DNA of 20,162 bases from a virus (Duplodnaviria > Heunggongvirae > Uroviricota > Caudoviricetes): positions 1 through 20,162 of the IMG/VR virus record IMGVR_UViG_3300045988_024768. One strand, given 5' to 3'. Within the stretch, counting starts at the first letter, position 1. Each line of letters begins with the position of its first letter. Made by a program: the position numbers and the translations under genes. Below the pieces are notes generated by a model that was not told the origin of the DNA, searched no databases, and was given only the letters and a program-made list of their open reading frames with translations. Of the stretch, positions 8,459-17,532 are shown piece by piece.

Positions 8459-8922
8459 TGATTGATGTTCAAATTATTCCCGCAACCGAAGAGCATCTTC
8501 AGATGATTTTGCCGGATGTTCGTCAGGCTGATATTGACGAACTGTATGCGGTATCGCTGATGACTACCGAAGATGCGCTGCGTGTTGGTCTGCGCACTGC
8601 GACCATGGCCTGGTCAGGATTTGCAAACGGAGAACTGGTAACCATGTTTGGTGTATCTCCGGCGTCAATGATTGGTGGCAATGGTACGCCATGGCTGGTC
8701 GGAACCAGCCGTATTGAAAAATATCAGAAGACATTTCTTCGCCACTGCCGCCCTGTATTGCAGCAGATGCTGGCAGTTTATCCGCGCCTGGAAAACTACG
8801 TCGACGAGCGAAACCATGTTGCCAAAGCATGGCTGCACTGGCTTGGATTCAGGCTTGAAGAAGCCGCGCCTTATGGTGCTCTTGGTCTTAATTTCCACAG
8901 ATTTCACATGGAGAGAAAATAA
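8458..8922 (+). CDS. Small protein with GNAT-acyltransferase-like signature (154 aa)
   Basis: N-terminal IIPATEEHLQMIL resembles GNAT beta1, and the C-terminal NHVAKAWLHWLGFRLEE resembles GNAT motif B. A Gly-rich MIGGNGTPWLVG stretch sits where motif A would be. Pattern recognition only. Confidence 0.45.
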   Translation: MIDVQIIPATEEHLQMILPDVRQADIDELYAVSLMTTEDALRVGLRTATMAWSGFANGELVTMFGVSPASMIGGNGTPWLVGTSRIEKYQKTFLRHCRPVLQQMLAVYPRLENYVDERNHVAKAWLHWLGFRLEEAAPYGALGLNFHRFHMERK

Positions 8923-9467
8923 TGTGCGATCCGGTTATTGCTGGTGGCGCAATGCTCGCCATGAGTGGCATTCAGGCATACACCCAGTACCAACAGGGAA
9001 AGTATGCCTCGAAGGTTGCAGAAGCGAACGCAGATATAGCCACAGCTCAGGAAAATGATGCAATAAACAGAGGTAACGCTGAAGCTGAGCAACGACGCAG
9101 AGAGACCCGACAGCGGCTTGGTACACAGGCGGCGACAATGGGGGCTACCGGCGCTGATTTATCTACAGGTAACGCGCTGGATATATTTGGCGACACTGCC
9201 CAGTTTGGCGCTCTTGATTCGCTGACGACGGTGAATAACGCGCAACGCGAGGCTTACGGTTATCAGGTTCAGGCTGCCAACTATAAAGCAGAAGCCAGTT
9301 CAGCCCGTAAACAGGGGAATGTGGGAGCAGCAACAACATTGCTCACTGCGCCTCTGAAGGCATACGGTGCGTACCAGATGTTTGGTGGGACGTGGAGTCC
9401 GTTTACTCAAAGCACTCCTGCGCCAATCGGGGCAGCAGTAGGAACCAGATTACCCGGAGGATTATAA
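8922..9467 (+). CDS. Internal virion protein (181 aa), gp14-like by position
   Basis: TAATG overlap with the upstream gene, GGAG RBS. Ala/Gln-rich helical composition typical of small internal core proteins. Confidence 0.5.
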   Translation: MCDPVIAGGAMLAMSGIQAYTQYQQGKYASKVAEANADIATAQENDAINRGNAEAEQRRRETRQRLGTQAATMGATGADLSTGNALDIFGDTAQFGALDSLTTVNNAQREAYGYQVQAANYKAEASSARKQGNVGAATTLLTAPLKAYGAYQMFGGTWSPFTQSTPAPIGAAVGTRLPGGL

Positions 9468-12274
9468 TGCCAGTCGTACCAACAGTATCCGGACGCCAGG
9501 TTGAGAGCCGTGGAGTTCAGTCAGCAGGCTTGCAGACGTTTTCTCAGCAAGGTATTGGTGATGCTTTTGTTCTGGCAGGGACAGAGGCAATTGATGTTTT
9601 GGGGCAGGCAAAACAGCGTGCCAATATCGCTCTGGCTCAGGAGGCATCTCTTAACCTCAGTCAGATAAGCAGCGATCTGCTGAATAATCCTGAAACAGGA
9701 TTGCTTAACCTGAAAGGGAAAAATGCTATTGGAAAAGGCCATGAGTATACGCAGCAGTTTGATGCTCAGGTCGAACAACTGGCTATGTCGCTGCCGGATG
9801 AACAGGCTCGTAATGCTTTCATGCAGCAGGCGCAGCAGCAGCGCATTCAGTTCACTACGCAGGCCGGGCGACACGAGATAGGGCAAATTAATGCCTACGA
9901 AGAAGGTCAGTTTCAGGCGACGCTGCTGAACAATGGTAAAAATGCCGCAGCATTGTATGGCGACAACGCCGCATACGTATTGGCTAACAAGCAAACTTTC
10001 CAGCAAATTGAGGAGTACGGTGTTGCACATGGCTGGAGCAACGAGCAAATCCAGGCCAAGAAAATCGAGTTTAAAGAGAAGGTTGCTGATGCTGCATTGT
10101 CCCAGTGGTCGGCAAACAATGCGATCTCATTTATCCAAAGTAATGGCGAGCTAAGCGATACTGCTGCTGGATCAAAGCGGGCTATTGTTAATCCTTATGG
10201 TGGAGAGCCAAAGTCCACAAAGGGAATGGTTGTTCAAGGAAATATTAATCTCTTCAACCGCCCATCTGTCAAAAATGAAGATGGGACTATCAGTACCGTT
10301 CGAACAATTTCTATAGGCACGGAAGCTGGAGAAGTTCTCATTCCCACCGTCAGTGATGATGGAAAATTGCTTTCCGATGACGAAGCTATTGCTCTGTATG
10401 AAAAAACTGGAAAACACCTTGGAATATTCGATAACCCTGAGAATGCGACCGCCTATGCTGAGAAACTTCACGAACAGCAGGATCAGTATTACGTAAAAGG
10501 TGGTGCTCGCGGTATCCGTAATAACAACCCAGGAAATCTCGAATACAGCAAAACTAATCCGTGGGTAGGCCAGACCGGTGATGATGGTCGATTTGCTAAA
10601 TTCGAAACACCTGAACACGGGATTCGTGCATTAGGGCGGAACCTGATGTCGTATCAGCGGCAGGGTATTGATACAGTCAGCGAGATAATTAATCGCTGGG
10701 CACCGCCTACTGATAAAAATGACACTATGTCATATATCAAAGCAGTGTGCGAACAACTTGGCGTTTCTGCTGATGAGCCTCTCGATGCATCTAATCCTGA
10801 TACCCTGAAGGCGCTTTGTGCAGCCATTATCCATCATGAGAACGGTAGCCAGCCATACAGTGATCAGCAGTTAACTGCTGGTGTCAGTGCAGCACTTGGT
10901 TTATCAACAATTCCAACCAACACCAAACGCTATACCGGTAATGCAGCATTCGATGCGGCATCTCCTGAGGCGCAGGCAAGTTTTATGCGACAGGCGGATC
11001 AACTGCTTCGGCAGCAGCAGGCTGAATATAAAACGATGATTGACAGCCAGGTTCGCGATGCGACAGCTGCATATATGCGTGGCGTTGAATTTCCTAACCC
11101 ACCTGGTGAGGCTGATTTTATTGCAGCTTATGGAGTAAGAGAAGGAAACCTGCGATATACCGAGTTCAGAAATACGCAAATCGCCGGACAGTATATAGGC
11201 TCTTTCCGCAACATGCCGACAAGCAGCATTACAGCATATGTTGAGCAATTACGCCCGGATACTGGTGATACAGGGGAGGGCTATGCGGCACGAGCAGCTC
11301 TTTATGACAACGTTGTTTCGGCTGCAAATCAGGTGATAAAGCAGCGGCAGTCGGATCCTGTGCAGTTCTCTCTTGCCTCCGGACAGGCAAAGCCTATCGA
11401 CATGAGCAATAAGGATAACTTTGGACAGAGCGTTGCCTTGCGTGCCGCTCAGGTCAGTGACCTTGCTAAGTCATATGGCACTCCACTGACGTTCTTTTCC
11501 AAAGACGAGGCCAATCAGATCGGTGTTTTCTTTCGTGATGCTCCAGTTTCCCAACAGGCAGCATATCTCGATACCATCAGGCAGAGCACTGGTGGTGGGC
11601 AGGTGTATATGTCAGCACTACAGCAGATCAGTGCCAACGCTCCATCTGCTGCCGTTGCCGGGATACTGATGGATAAGCCAGGTGGTATTTTGGCAGAAAA
11701 AAACTGGTTTAATCCGGATGTTTCCGTGTCTCCTGAAACCGCTGCGCAGACAATTCTTGCTGGCGCGGCGGCTCGTAAAGGTACTGATGATGCGAAAGGT
11801 ATTCCGATGCCTAAAGATGCTGATCTTCGCCTTGAGTTTTCTGACATGGTGAAGGATGCATTTGCTGGTGACGCTCAGGGGGCATCAATGGCATACGAGA
11901 TCGCAAAGGATTATTACGCTGGTGTGATGGCGAAAAAAGGCGTGGTATCAGGCGAAATTGACAATGATGTCTGGAAACAGGCTGTTAACGTAGCTACAGG
12001 TGGCGTGCATGACTATAACGGAATGGGGAATGTCCTTTTGCCGTGGGGAATGTCTGCAGAGCAATTCGATAAGCAGGTTAATCAGGCTTGGAATGAACAA
12101 GTTGTCGGCTCCGGGATAAAAACACCGCCTGGTCAGTATGGTTTGCAAAGTTACGGCGATAGTCAGTACCTGGTGAAACTTGGTACTGGTTATCTGCTGA
12201 AAGATGATGGTTCTCCCGTTGTTCTTAATCTGACACAGAAGCGTCAGAGATTCTCCGGAGATATTCCGCAATGA
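9467..12274 (+). CDS. Large internal/ejection protein with putative peptidoglycan-hydrolase-like region (935 aa from ATG 9467)
   Basis: GGAGG 6 nt upstream of ATG 9467, which overlaps the upstream stop (TAATG). The 9392 start in the ORF track is rejected. Contains [16 protein letters not shown]...RWAPP, a block I associate with virion-associated cell-wall hydrolase domains. Confidence 0.6.
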   Translation: MPVVPTVSGRQVESRGVQSAGLQTFSQQGIGDAFVLAGTEAIDVLGQAKQRANIALAQEASLNLSQISSDLLNNPETGLLNLKGKNAIGKGHEYTQQFDAQVEQLAMSLPDEQARNAFMQQAQQQRIQFTTQAGRHEIGQINAYEEGQFQATLLNNGKNAAALYGDNAAYVLANKQTFQQIEEYGVAHGWSNEQIQAKKIEFKEKVADAALSQWSANNAISFIQSNGELSDTAAGSKRAIVNPYGGEPKSTKGMVVQGNINLFNRPSVKNEDGTISTVRTISIGTEAGEVLIPTVSDDGKLLSDDEAIALYEKTGKHLGIFDNPENATAYAEKLHEQQDQYYVKGGARGIRNNNPGNLEYSKTNPWVGQTGDDGRFAKFETPEHGIRALGRNLMSYQRQGIDTVSEIINRWAPPTDKNDTMSYIKAVCEQLGVSADEPLDASNPDTLKALCAAIIHHENGSQPYSDQQLTAGVSAALGLSTIPTNTKRYTGNAAFDAASPEAQASFMRQADQLLRQQQAEYKTMIDSQVRDATAAYMRGVEFPNPPGEADFIAAYGVREGNLRYTEFRNTQIAGQYIGSFRNMPTSSITAYVEQLRPDTGDTGEGYAARAALYDNVVSAANQVIKQRQSDPVQFSLASGQAKPIDMSNKDNFGQSVALRAAQVSDLAKSYGTPLTFFSKDEANQIGVFFRDAPVSQQAAYLDTIRQSTGGGQVYMSALQQISANAPSAAVAGILMDKPGGILAEKNWFNPDVSVSPETAAQTILAGAAARKGTDDAKGIPMPKDADLRLEFSDMVKDAFAGDAQGASMAYEIAKDYYAGVMAKKGVVSGEIDNDVWKQAVNVATGGVHDYNGMGNVLLPWGMSAEQFDKQVNQAWNEQVVGSGIKTPPGQYGLQSYGDSQYLVKLGTGYLLKDDGSPVVLNLTQKRQRFSGDIPQ

Positions 12275-14073
12275 GTTACTTTGGCCTTAATCCAGTAAAC
12301 CAGAATCAGCAGCTTGACGAAGCAGCATCAAATCCAGCTGGCTTTAACAGCGATGTTGGTTTTTTCGACAATGCTGTAGGAGCGGCATTGTCTGGTTTGT
12401 ACTCCGGGCTGGTGGCAAAGCCAGATCAGTTGCTATGGGCAGGGATGGATAAAATCGTATCCCCGATTGCTCAGTTTGTTAACGAAAACACCTCGCTCAA
12501 TGATACTTCAGTTTCATACATTGCCGAGCAGAGAAAACTAGCAGAGCAGCAGGTTAAGCGGCTGACGCCTGATGCCGCGACAACCGGAACCGCTGGGCAG
12601 GTTCTTTATGGGTTGTTCGATATGGGCGGGCAGGCTGTTGTCGGTACAACGCTCGGTGGTCCGGTCGGAGGTGCTGCGGCGGTAACTTCTCTACAGGGTT
12701 TTTCTGAGTTTGAACGGCTGACAGCACAGGGTGTTGATTTCAGGACGGCGCAGGAAGCGGGATTAGTGCAGGGCATTACTGCTGGTGCCGGAACGCTGAT
12801 CCCTATGAGCCTCGGGTTACGTGCTGGTGGTGCGCTGGCGGAAGGTGTGGCGGCTCAGCTTGCGCGGACGGGTGAAAGTTCAGTGCGACGCGCCGCAGCA
12901 ACAGCAGTACGTGCAACGCCAGATATTGCCTATGCCGCAGGTACAAATATTGCGTTCGGTATGGCACAGCGTGGGCTTACTGCAAAAACGCTTCGTGATG
13001 GTGGCTATAGCGAAATGGCTAATCAGTATGATGTGTTGGATCGACAGGCAATTGCTATTGATGCTGTTCTTGGGGTGGCGTTTGGTGGTGTCGGCAGATT
13101 TATTAACTCTCGCGGCGAGTCTACAAGCGCACCAAATTTTTCACCAGTTGATATCGATGCTGCACTGGCGGCGAATGCCGCTCATCATGCTGAAATTGAT
13201 ATTGCTCCCGGCGTGCCGATCAACGTGCTTTCGCGCAATTCTCACATTCAGGCTCTGCGAAAAGCCATGTCTGATGTTAGCCAGGGGAGACCTGTAGACG
13301 TTGCCAGCATTGTTGAGTCTGCATCTTTCAGTGAAATTCCTGGGCGCAAGAGTCTGCTGTCTCAGGCAGTTAATGAGGCTCTGTCATCTGTAGATGATGG
13401 AGTAACGGCGCACGCTATAGAAAATCGGTTGCTTGAAGAACAGGCCGCGCAGCTTTTGCCGCGTGGCGATAGACAGGTTTACCAGTCGGAAATCGCTAAT
13501 AGCCAACGAATTATTGAAAATCTCACTGAACAGCGTGCACAAATTCTTGCAGAAGATCCAACCGGTAGCGGTAAAGCTTTGTCTCGTGCTCGATCAGATA
13601 AACAGGCCAGACTTCGCGATATTGATCAACGAATCCGGCAGGTACAAGAACGCCTGGAATTTTCCCGTAACGCGTTGGCACCGCACGAGCCTGGCGGTCA
13701 GTTTTTTGAAGCTCGAGCAGAACTGGCTCGGAGACAGCAGGCAGAAAGTGAACTTAATGCTCAGGCTGTTTCATTCTATAAAACAGCAGAGGTCAGGACG
13801 CCAGACGAAGTAGCTCCTTTTGAGCCAGGTAAGATATTGCAACAGGCAGAACAAAAGATGATGGCAGATCCGGCAGGAGATATTGATCTGCGTATAGCTG
13901 AAGACTCGCTGCTTGAATCACCTGACATGATAATCACCGTGCTGGATGATGATGGTAATCCACAATCGCGCAGTGCGCGTGAAGTACTGGATGAAGCGAA
14001 CAGGGAAAGTGAGCAGGCAATACAGGATTCCAGCCTGTTTGATGTCGCTGTGGCGTGTTTCTTGAGAGGTTAA
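12271..14073 (+). CDS. Internal/ejection protein (600 aa)
   Basis: ATGA overlap with the upstream gene. Long Gly/Ala-rich hydrophobic segments ([59 protein letters not shown]) typical of membrane-inserting ejection proteins. Confidence 0.55.
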   Translation: MSYFGLNPVNQNQQLDEAASNPAGFNSDVGFFDNAVGAALSGLYSGLVAKPDQLLWAGMDKIVSPIAQFVNENTSLNDTSVSYIAEQRKLAEQQVKRLTPDAATTGTAGQVLYGLFDMGGQAVVGTTLGGPVGGAAAVTSLQGFSEFERLTAQGVDFRTAQEAGLVQGITAGAGTLIPMSLGLRAGGALAEGVAAQLARTGESSVRRAAATAVRATPDIAYAAGTNIAFGMAQRGLTAKTLRDGGYSEMANQYDVLDRQAIAIDAVLGVAFGGVGRFINSRGESTSAPNFSPVDIDAALAANAAHHAEIDIAPGVPINVLSRNSHIQALRKAMSDVSQGRPVDVASIVESASFSEIPGRKSLLSQAVNEALSSVDDGVTAHAIENRLLEEQAAQLLPRGDRQVYQSEIANSQRIIENLTEQRAQILAEDPTGSGKALSRARSDKQARLRDIDQRIRQVQERLEFSRNALAPHEPGGQFFEARAELARRQQAESELNAQAVSFYKTAEVRTPDEVAPFEPGKILQQAEQKMMADPAGDIDLRIAEDSLLESPDMIITVLDDDGNPQSRSAREVLDEANRESEQAIQDSSLFDVAVACFLRG

Positions 14074-14078
14074 ATTAA

Positions 14079-16553
14079 ATGAGACAGGAATGTATACAAG
14101 CGGTCCAGCAGGCGGCGCAGCGCACGTTAACGGCGCGAGAAATACAGAACATTGAAGACCGCATTTATCGAAATATGCGCTCCATTGCTCGTGATGACCC
14201 GATGTCGTGGCGACAACTTTCCGAATCAGAGCGGCTGTATCGTGCAGCACAATTGGCATCTGAAGAATTACAGCGAGAAGCGGCATTAAAGAAACGTCGT
14301 GTGGCCCTCACTATAGCCGCACGTCAGAGATTGGATAAATTTATCAATAGCTATCAAGGGGCTGATGGGAAACTTGGCGCTCTTAACCGTACTATTGCTT
14401 TTAATGCAGACGGTAAATCGAATTTCCTCTCTGTTGAATCCAGAACAAAAGCCACCCGTGATTATGCATTGAGTCAATTGCAAGAGGCATTTGAAGCAGT
14501 TGATCCTCGCTTTTTTGGCCTGTTTGAAGATGAAGCTGGCGTGCGTGACCTGGTATATGAAATACGAGGGCAAAATACTGGCAATGCTAAAGCAAGAAAA
14601 GGTGCTAAGGCGTGGAGAGAAGTTACAGAGCTGCTGCGCCGCCGGTTTAATGATGCTGGTGGGGACATTGGCTATCTCGAAAACTGGGGGATCCCTCAAC
14701 ATCATTCTATGGAAAAGGTTGGGGCGGTATCAAAAGATAAATGGGTTAGCGATGTTATAGGTAAGCTGGATCGCAAATATTATACCCGAGCCGATGGACA
14801 ACTGATGAACGATGCCGAGTTGTCTGCATTTCTTGGAGAGGCTTATAACACGATCGCTACTGGTGGGCTGAATAAGCTTACTGATACCGGAATGCGAATT
14901 TCCGGCGCACGTGCTAACCGTGGTAATGCATCACGACAGATACATTTCAAAGATGCAGATTCCTATCTGCAATATCAGCAACTTTATGGCGATCGCTCTC
15001 TATGGGAAATCATGGTCGGTCACCTGGAAGGTATCAGTAAAGATATTGCACTGGTGGAAACATATGGCCCAAACCCCGATCATGTTTTCCGCTCTCTTCT
15101 TGATCAGGTGAAGGCAGAAACGGCAACAGCTAACCCGAGTAAAACCGGTAAAGTCGAGCGGCTGGCGAACAACACAGAGAATCTGTACAACTTTATTTCC
15201 GGAAAGACACAGCCTGTAGCGAATCCGCATATCGCGCGATGGTCTGACAATATCCGCAACTGGCTGGTTGCCAGCAGACTCGGATCCGCGTTGCTGTCAT
15301 CGTTCTCTGATCTTGGAACCATGTATCTGTCTGCGAAGGTTACCAACCTTCCAATGAACCAGTTATTCCGCAACCAGCTTGAAGCTATGGACCCAACGAA
15401 CCGTACAGAACTTGCGCGGGCGCGCCGCGCTGGTCTGGCGATGGAATCTCTACTTGGCAGCGTTAACCGCTGGGCGATGGATAATATGGGGCCGTCTGTG
15501 TCTCGTTGGGCTGCAACGGCGGTAATGCGTGCCAGTGGGCTTACAGCATGGTCAGATGCGCACAAGCGCGCCTATGGCGTAACCATGATGGGAAGCCTGG
15601 GAGAAGTAGTGTCACGGACACCAGACCTTCGTAGCCTCGATTACTCTGATTTTCGTATCCTGAAAAGCAAAGGGATTACTGACACAGACTGGAGCGTATG
15701 GAAGCTGGCGCAACAGGAGGACTGGGGTAACGGTAATAATACGATGCTGACACCGGAAAGCATTATGCGTATCCCTGATTCAGCAGTTAAACATCTTGGT
15801 GAGCCTGAACGTGTGAAATTTGAGGCAATGCGTAAACTGCTCGGGGCGGTGACCGAAGAAGTGGATATGGCGGTCATCACTCCTGGCGCACGTGAGCAAC
15901 TGATAACCGGTTCTGGTATTCAGCGTGGAACATGGAAAGGTGAATTAACGAGAAGTGTTTTCCTGTTTAAATCGTTCCCTATCTCGGTGGTTATGCGTCA
16001 CTGGTCACGCGCTATGGGGATGCCGTCTGCTGGTGGGCGTGCGGCATATATTGCGACGTTTATTGCCAGTACGACCATTCTTGGCGCTTTGTCGCAACAA
16101 CTTAACGACCTTGCGTCTGGTCGTAATCCTCGAGAGATGACAGGAGAAGATGCCGCAAAATTCTGGCTTGGTGCTCTACTGAAAGGTGGTGGTCTTGGCC
16201 TTTACGGTGACTTTTTATTGTCAGATCACACTAGGTACGGAAGCGGCGCGCTGGCGTCGATGCTTGGCCCGGTAGCTGGTCTAGTTGATGACGTAGTGAA
16301 GATTGCTCAGGGCATACCGTTAAATGCTGTGGAAGGGAAGAGTGAGCAGACTGGTGGTGATCTGGTGAAGCTGGGGAAAGGTTTGATGCCTGGTGCGAAT
16401 CTCTGGTACTTGAAGGCGGCTCTCGATCACATGATCTTTAACCAGATGCAGGAGTATTTTTCACCAGGCTATTTGCGTAAAATGGAGCAACGTTCGAAGA
16501 AAGAGTTTAACCAGACATACTGGTGGCGACCTCAGGATGTCACTCCGCAATAA
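14079..16553 (+). CDS. Internal/ejection protein (824 aa)
   Basis: GAGAGG RBS, 5-nt gap after the previous gene. Large late-operon protein between the other ejection proteins and the tailspike. Confidence 0.55.
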   Translation: MRQECIQAVQQAAQRTLTAREIQNIEDRIYRNMRSIARDDPMSWRQLSESERLYRAAQLASEELQREAALKKRRVALTIAARQRLDKFINSYQGADGKLGALNRTIAFNADGKSNFLSVESRTKATRDYALSQLQEAFEAVDPRFFGLFEDEAGVRDLVYEIRGQNTGNAKARKGAKAWREVTELLRRRFNDAGGDIGYLENWGIPQHHSMEKVGAVSKDKWVSDVIGKLDRKYYTRADGQLMNDAELSAFLGEAYNTIATGGLNKLTDTGMRISGARANRGNASRQIHFKDADSYLQYQQLYGDRSLWEIMVGHLEGISKDIALVETYGPNPDHVFRSLLDQVKAETATANPSKTGKVERLANNTENLYNFISGKTQPVANPHIARWSDNIRNWLVASRLGSALLSSFSDLGTMYLSAKVTNLPMNQLFRNQLEAMDPTNRTELARARRAGLAMESLLGSVNRWAMDNMGPSVSRWAATAVMRASGLTAWSDAHKRAYGVTMMGSLGEVVSRTPDLRSLDYSDFRILKSKGITDTDWSVWKLAQQEDWGNGNNTMLTPESIMRIPDSAVKHLGEPERVKFEAMRKLLGAVTEEVDMAVITPGAREQLITGSGIQRGTWKGELTRSVFLFKSFPISVVMRHWSRAMGMPSAGGRAAYIATFIASTTILGALSQQLNDLASGRNPREMTGEDAAKFWLGALLKGGGLGLYGDFLLSDHTRYGSGALASMLGPVAGLVDDVVKIAQGIPLNAVEGKSEQTGGDLVKLGKGLMPGANLWYLKAALDHMIFNQMQEYFSPGYLRKMEQRSKKEFNQTYWWRPQDVTPQ

Positions 16554-16562
16554 GGAAGTGTT

Positions 16563-16736
16563 GTGTTTTTAATTATTTTGAGTGTGATAATTTCTGGTGT
16601 ATTGTTATTTATTGACCGCTACAAATATTTTCTTAACCCTCAGACTCAAGCTATTTGCTGGTTCATCTTTGTTGTGCAGGGAGTAGTTCTTGTTGCAAGC
16701 CTTATTGAGGGGAGGCCTCTTATTTTTACTGGGTAA
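16563..16736 (+). CDS. Putative small 2-TM membrane protein (57 aa, GTG start), AT-rich
   Basis: Hand-translated; below the ORF-track size cut-off. AGGAAG lies upstream of GTG 16563. Translation VFLIILSVIISGVLLFIDRYKYFLNPQTQAICWFIFVVQGVVLVASLIEGRPLIFTG has two hydrophobic helices. AT-rich codons differ from the structural genes. Confidence 0.3.
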   Translation: MFLIILSVIISGVLLFIDRYKYFLNPQTQAICWFIFVVQGVVLVASLIEGRPLIFTG

Positions 16737-16748
16737 ATAGGTGACTAC

Positions 16749-17045
16749 ATGCAAGCTATAGGATTCATTGTTTATATCGTCGTTGGTCTTTTTCAGTTGT
16801 CAGCAATTATGGCTGGGCTTGAATCATGGTGGGGATTGCACTGGATAATTGCAGCCCCCATTGCTTTCATCGTGAGCTATATTCCATTTGTTGGAGCGAT
16901 TGTTGGTATGGTTGGCGCTGTGGATGTATGGCGGTGGGAGTGGTGGCAGGCTGGCCTTCTCTTCTTTGGTGGGATCATCTTTGCTATTGTCTGCGGTGGA
17001 ATGTCATCATTTTTCGAATGGCTATCATTCAGAAAAAGAGCGTGA
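16749..17045 (+). CDS. Small Trp-rich 3-TM membrane protein (98 aa)
   Basis: ATG with AGGTGA upstream. Three hydrophobic segments with 8 Trp at predicted interfaces and a short basic C-terminus (FRKRA). Codon usage more AT-rich than the neighbours. Confidence 0.6.
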   Translation: MQAIGFIVYIVVGLFQLSAIMAGLESWWGLHWIIAAPIAFIVSYIPFVGAIVGMVGAVDVWRWEWWQAGLLFFGGIIFAIVCGGMSSFFEWLSFRKRA

Positions 17046-17077
17046 CATGTCACAGACCGCTTTCGCGGCCTTTAAAT

Positions 17078-17335
17078 TTACCGGGTTTGTTTTCGTAATT
17101 GTTCGGCACAATAGTCGAGATGTGTTTGCAGATCCCGCATAGACATCTGTGAGCTGGTGACGTAGTTAATCAGTGCAGTCAGTTCGGCAAGTGGGCCATC
17201 GACATTAAATCCATCCTTATCGAGATCCTGGAGTAATTTCATCAAGTGCGATCCCTCCACCAGTGACCTGACGCCTCCCGGCGTGTGAATCCTTTCGGTA
17301 AATCCGTCTTCCAGTGGATAGTGATACTGCTGCAT
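17078..17335 (-). CDS. Small acidic protein (85 aa), putatively SOS-regulated; candidate antirepressor/regulatory moron
   Basis: Minus-strand ATG at 17335 with GGAG 8 nt upstream. Translation starts MQQYHYPLEDGFTERIHTPGG. A near-consensus LexA box lies 20-39 nt upstream. The longer 155-aa ORF-track version would place the box inside coding sequence. Confidence 0.6.
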   Translation of the reverse strand: MQQYHYPLEDGFTERIHTPGGVRSLVEGSHLMKLLQDLDKDGFNVDGPLAELTALINYVTSSQMSMRDLQTHLDYCAEQLRKQTR

Positions 17336-17354
17336 CTTATCTTCTCCATGCAAT

Positions 17355-17374
17355 AACTGTATATTTATACAGTA
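17355..17374. promoter_or_regulatory. LexA (SOS) box AACTGTATATTTATACAGTA
   Basis: Matches the 20-nt gammaproteobacterial LexA consensus TACTGTATATATATACAGTA at 18 of 20 positions, with intact CTGT-N8-ACAG and an AT-rich spacer. Located in the promoter region of the minus-strand small gene. Confidence 0.75.
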
Positions 17375-17411
17375 GCAAATAATTTGTTTGCTATCCAGCA
17401 CGTTTTGCAAA

Positions 17412-17438
17412 TTACCCGAAAGGTAATATCTATTCGTG
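17412..17438 (+). promoter_or_regulatory. Conserved intergenic element, copy 2 (TTACCCGAAAGGTAATATCTATTCGTG)
   Basis: Same element as 176-199 with a 3-nt indel. Inverted repeat ATTACC-CGAAA-GGTAAT. About 95 nt upstream of the tailspike ATG. Confidence 0.35.
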
Positions 17439-17532
17439 TCCATGGTTTTTCTATGCATATATGGTTTTTCAGGTAATAGAATGGATGGGACTGCATGCGC
17501 GATGGGCGCACAAGCTATCCGGAGATAATGAC

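Noticed and set aside
9392-9466. 5' extension of the large internal protein ORF (start 9392 in the ORF track)
   Set aside because: Overlaps the C-terminus of the upstream gene in another frame. ATG 9467 has GGAGG at ideal spacing and forms a TAATG coupling junction.
12821-13297. 158-aa alternative-frame + strand ORF inside the 600-aa internal protein gene (similar: 13433..13813, 1154..1390, 2487..2762)
   Set aside because: Embedded out of frame within a longer, better-supported gene. Composition is Arg/Leu/Trp-rich, typical of off-frame translation.
17461-17532. Upstream in-frame start of the tailspike ORF (MVFQVIEWMG...)
   Set aside because: No RBS, and the extension would cover regulatory repeats. 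ATG 17533 has GGAG 8 nt upstream and the conserved N-terminal domain begins right after it.
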